Shown piece after piece: positions 56,797 to 59,308 of a stretch of DNA of 59,308 nucleotides. The stretch comes from a virus (taxonomy: Duplodnaviria > Caudoviricetes): positions 1 through 59,308 of IMG/VR virus record IMGVR_UViG_3300020472_000025; one strand, written 5' to 3'. Position 1 is the stretch's first letter; each line of letters opens with the position of its first letter. The notes under the pieces are model-generated. The model searched no databases. It saw nothing but the letters and a program-made list of their open reading frames with translations, and was not told the DNA's origin. A program made the translations under genes and the position numbers.

Positions 56797-57272
56797 CTAC
56801 TACATCACGATTCCAAGCTAACAAAAACGACGAAGGCGATAAGAATTCGCAAGGCGTTGGTAAGCTGAAGAAAAAGGTGGTAAAAGGTATCACCGTCAAT
56901 CCCAAGAAGGAAGATCTTATGTCAGAGAAATTAGATCCCGTCGGCAAGGAAGATGCTGACCTTGATAACGATGGGAAAAAGAATGACAAGAACGATAGGT
57001 ACTTGCGTTATAGAAGAAAGGTACGTTCATCTGTCATCAAAACACAAAAAGAAGCATTAGAATCATTACGTAATAAGGAACTTGTAGAGGAAGAAGAGGT
57101 AGTAAATGAGGTTGCTGTTACAGCAGTCGCTACTCCTGCTGCTGTTGGTTCTACATCACACAGCAATGTTAAGAAAGGTTCTGGTACTGATGATGCTAAG
57201 AAGAGAATGAAGCAGAAACTTCTTGCTCAGACCGCTGAGTATGACAAGAAGCGGAAGGAAGCACGTGGTTGA
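56793..57272 (+). CDS. Basic hypothetical protein with DxDxDG loop
   Basis: LDPVGKEDADLDNDG..DRYLRYRRK. Confidence 0.65.
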   Translation: MTTTSRFQANKNDEGDKNSQGVGKLKKKVVKGITVNPKKEDLMSEKLDPVGKEDADLDNDGKKNDKNDRYLRYRRKVRSSVIKTQKEALESLRNKELVEEEEVVNEVAVTAVATPAAVGSTSHSNVKKGSGTDDAKKRMKQKLLAQTAEYDKKRKEARG

Positions 57273-57280
57273 GGTAGGTC

Positions 57281-57523
57281 ATGAACCTAATAGAATACGA
57301 CAACGATGCTGCTGCCGATAAGATAGCACGGTACAAGAAAGAAAAAGAAACTCGCAAAGAATACCTCTACAAGTCCAAGCATGGACCTAAGAGGTACAAA
57401 GAGTTTATGAAGAAGGATGCTGATGCTGCTGCAAAAGGCACTCCTAAGAACCCCAAAGGGGTTAAAGCTCTCCACAAAGGTAAGTGGGGGTATATGAAGA
57501 ATAGGAAATTTACTCCTGATTGA
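57281..57523 (+). CDS. Small Lys-rich hypothetical protein
   Basis: GAGG RBS; KGVKALHKGKWGYMKNRKF. Confidence 0.6.
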   Translation: MNLIEYDNDAAADKIARYKKEKETRKEYLYKSKHGPKRYKEFMKKDADAAAKGTPKNPKGVKALHKGKWGYMKNRKFTPD

Positions 57524-57554
57524 TGCTATATAGAGTACTATACTCTAATTGATC

Positions 57555-57743
57555 ATGGTTAACTTTTTAATGCCTATTGCCATTAGTATTATTAACAAGG
57601 CAGTAGATAGGATCCCAGAGGATCTAGACTCAGTAATTAAAGACTTCTTAATTAAACTACTTAAGAAAGCAGCAGCTAAGACTGGAAACAAAGTGGATGA
57701 TGAACTAGTCATCGCTCTCCAGAAAGCACTGCTAGAGTCTTGA
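57555..57743 (+). CDS. Small conserved hypothetical protein
   Basis: KIP/RIP-EDLD...TGNKVDDELV. Confidence 0.65.
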   Translation: MVNFLMPIAISIINKAVDRIPEDLDSVIKDFLIKLLKKAAAKTGNKVDDELVIALQKALLES

Positions 57744-57746
57744 TAT

Positions 57747-57754
57747 TATAAATA
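57747..57754 (+). promoter_or_regulatory. Late promoter TATAAATA
   Basis: Exact consensus upstream of GGAG and ATG 57791. Confidence 0.8.
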
Positions 57755-57790
57755 AAATATAGGAATACTCACTGTCCAGAGGAGAACACA

Positions 57791-58624
57791 ATGTCTGTCG
57801 TAGGAAAACTTGACTCAGCAGCGTTTAGCAATACTATTGGTGTCACAAATGGTGACGCAACCGTATCTAAAAATGCTGGTGATACTGTAGTTGTAGGTGA
57901 CGTGCTTGACATCAGTGGCGTAAGCTACATTGTCAAACAAGTAACCAGCACCACTGCAATCGAACTGCATAAGAATTATGCAGGATCAACCGCAACCGTT
58001 GCTGCTGCGGCAGTGCTACGAAGAACTCCACCTAAAGCAGTTGCAGAGTATGTAATTGTTGGTGGCGATAGTAATTCCTATGATTTAGTTTTTGTAGACA
58101 CAACTGAGGACAGCATTGCGTCTAACAAGAGTCGTGGTATTTCTGGACCTGGTTGGTGGCAGTATAGAACATATACTTCACACAACGGTGACGAAAAGCA
58201 TAAGGCAGAGTGTTTAGTACCTATGAAGGTTGCTGCTGGTACTTCTGGAGACTTTGGTGACGATACCCTCGCTGCTGATGTACTTGAGACAATCACAGTT
58301 GGTACACAACCTGCTAACTCCACCTCATCTTCTGGTGCTGGAACATTCGTTGCTGCATTTACAGTCGATCAGTCTGGTACTAAGCAGTACAAGTGGCAGA
58401 GACAGACAGCTACCGCTACTACTCGTTGGGTAGACATCGTTGGTGGTGCTAATGGTCTTGACACTGGTATCACATATGCAGACTTCACTACAGCAACACT
58501 TGCTTACAGTGGACTTGCTGGTGATACATTAGATGGTTACAAGTATCGCTGTGTGCTTAACACAAGCAAGGGTGCTGAAACTAAGAGAACAAACGGAGCT
58601 GCCACACTTACATTCGGTAGCTAA
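57791..58624 (+). CDS. Virion structural protein with C-terminal Ig-like domain
   Basis: PGWWQYRTY..G..KAECLV; QP...YKWQ...DGYKYRCVL Ig-like pattern; late promoter. Confidence 0.65.
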   Translation: MSVVGKLDSAAFSNTIGVTNGDATVSKNAGDTVVVGDVLDISGVSYIVKQVTSTTAIELHKNYAGSTATVAAAAVLRRTPPKAVAEYVIVGGDSNSYDLVFVDTTEDSIASNKSRGISGPGWWQYRTYTSHNGDEKHKAECLVPMKVAAGTSGDFGDDTLAADVLETITVGTQPANSTSSSGAGTFVAAFTVDQSGTKQYKWQRQTATATTRWVDIVGGANGLDTGITYADFTTATLAYSGLAGDTLDGYKYRCVLNTSKGAETKRTNGAATLTFGS

Positions 58625-58641
58625 ACTGAACCTTTTATATA

Positions 58642-59007
58642 ATGTATTTTGATGAGTTAACAGAACACAATCATGTTCTCTTTGCAATAAAGCACTACGA
58701 AAACCCTCACTCGGTAACCGTAGATGACTTTATGGAAGATATGAAGAAGTTCAAATACCTTAAGAGATTATTCAAGAGGTATTTGAACTCTAATGTTCTT
58801 AGAACTAATTTAATATTAAATCATCTAATCATATTGTTTAATGTATTTGGTGAGGGTACCACACCTCTACTCATGTATAAACTTGAGAGAGAATACTGGT
58901 CTATCCTAAAGACATTTCTCATATATCTAAATCGTTACGACGGTTATGGTGTTCTTGAGGATGTTGATATTGACGATGATGTAAAAGATATCCTAAACGA
59001 ATTGTGA
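58642..59007 (+). CDS. Conserved T4-like marine phage hypothetical protein
   Basis: FAIKHYENP, EDMKKFKYLKRL, LILNHLIILFNVFG. Confidence 0.75.
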   Translation: MYFDELTEHNHVLFAIKHYENPHSVTVDDFMEDMKKFKYLKRLFKRYLNSNVLRTNLILNHLIILFNVFGEGTTPLLMYKLEREYWSILKTFLIYLNRYDGYGVLEDVDIDDDVKDILNEL

Positions 59008-59308
59008 TTAACGAAGACGCACCAACAATGAGCGCAGGTACAGGAGGATTCAGTGGATCTTCTAATGCCAGTGGTCCTGTGGCGGGTTTTGATCCTATGT
59101 TAGGTTCCAATAAGGAAAAGAAACCTAAACTGCAAAGAAGGAAACCGAAGAAGCGTAAGTATACAGTAAAGGAAGACGTTTATAGTAAAGAGAAAGACCA
59201 AAGTAAAAGTCATTACTTACCATATCTAATATGTTATGATGATGCACAGGAGTATGTGCTCTATGGTAAGTCAGAAGCAGAAATTAAAGTACAGTTGAGA
59301 AAGATATA
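59004..59308 (+). CDS. Hypothetical protein (3' truncated) starting with a copy of the gp23 maturation segment
   Basis: GTGA overlap with the upstream stop; frame open to the window end; MINEDAPTMSAGTGGFSGSSNASGPVAGFDPML. Confidence 0.75.
   Translation, partial: MINEDAPTMSAGTGGFSGSSNASGPVAGFDPMLGSNKEKKPKLQRRKPKKRKYTVKEDVYSKEKDQSKSHYLPYLICYDDAQEYVLYGKSEAEIKVQLRKI

Noticed and set aside
174-58433. Numerous 60-270 aa antisense or alternate-frame ORFs in the ORF track (e.g. 174-488, 45859-46386, 53649-54473)
   Set aside because: They are shadows of well-supported genes and show no motifs or RBS
644-59007. Stop-codon reassignment linked to the odd tRNA
   Set aside because: Core genes are intact in the standard code and end in TAA, TAG and TGA; the anticodon is not a suppressor

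Overview
A 59.3 kb segment of a T4-like marine cyanomyovirus genome (Kyanoviridae; host most likely Prochlorococcus or Synechococcus). In order it contains: the end of a repeat-rich fibre gene; the neck/terminase/tail/head block (gp13-gp23) with an accessory island between gp16 and gp18 (petF, petE, pcyA, thermonuclease, pyrE); gp3-uvsY-uvsW-gp55-gp47-gp46; a CobT-like VWA/CobS AAA pair; the gp45-gp44-gp62-regA block interleaved with two DNA methyltransferases and a 2OG-Fe(II) oxygenase and followed by a carbamoyltransferase; an accessory region; hsp20; gp43-uvsX-gp41-mazG; a manA-like ncRNA; and a block of ligase-fold, cytidylyltransferase and basic putative internal-head protein genes. The most notable items are: (1) a catalytic-domain-only class IIb aminoacyl-tRNA-synthetase paralogue followed 8 nt later by a non-canonical tRNA (GUU anticodon, U37, long variable arm, Leu-like D-arm), a candidate dedicated aaRS-like/tRNA module; (2) a small unannotated gene whose N-terminus copies 26 of 32 residues around the predicted maturation site of the major capsid protein gp23; (3) a ROSE-like RNA thermometer hairpin over the hsp20 ribosome-binding site. 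All calls come from motif recognition and synteny by eye; no database searches were run.
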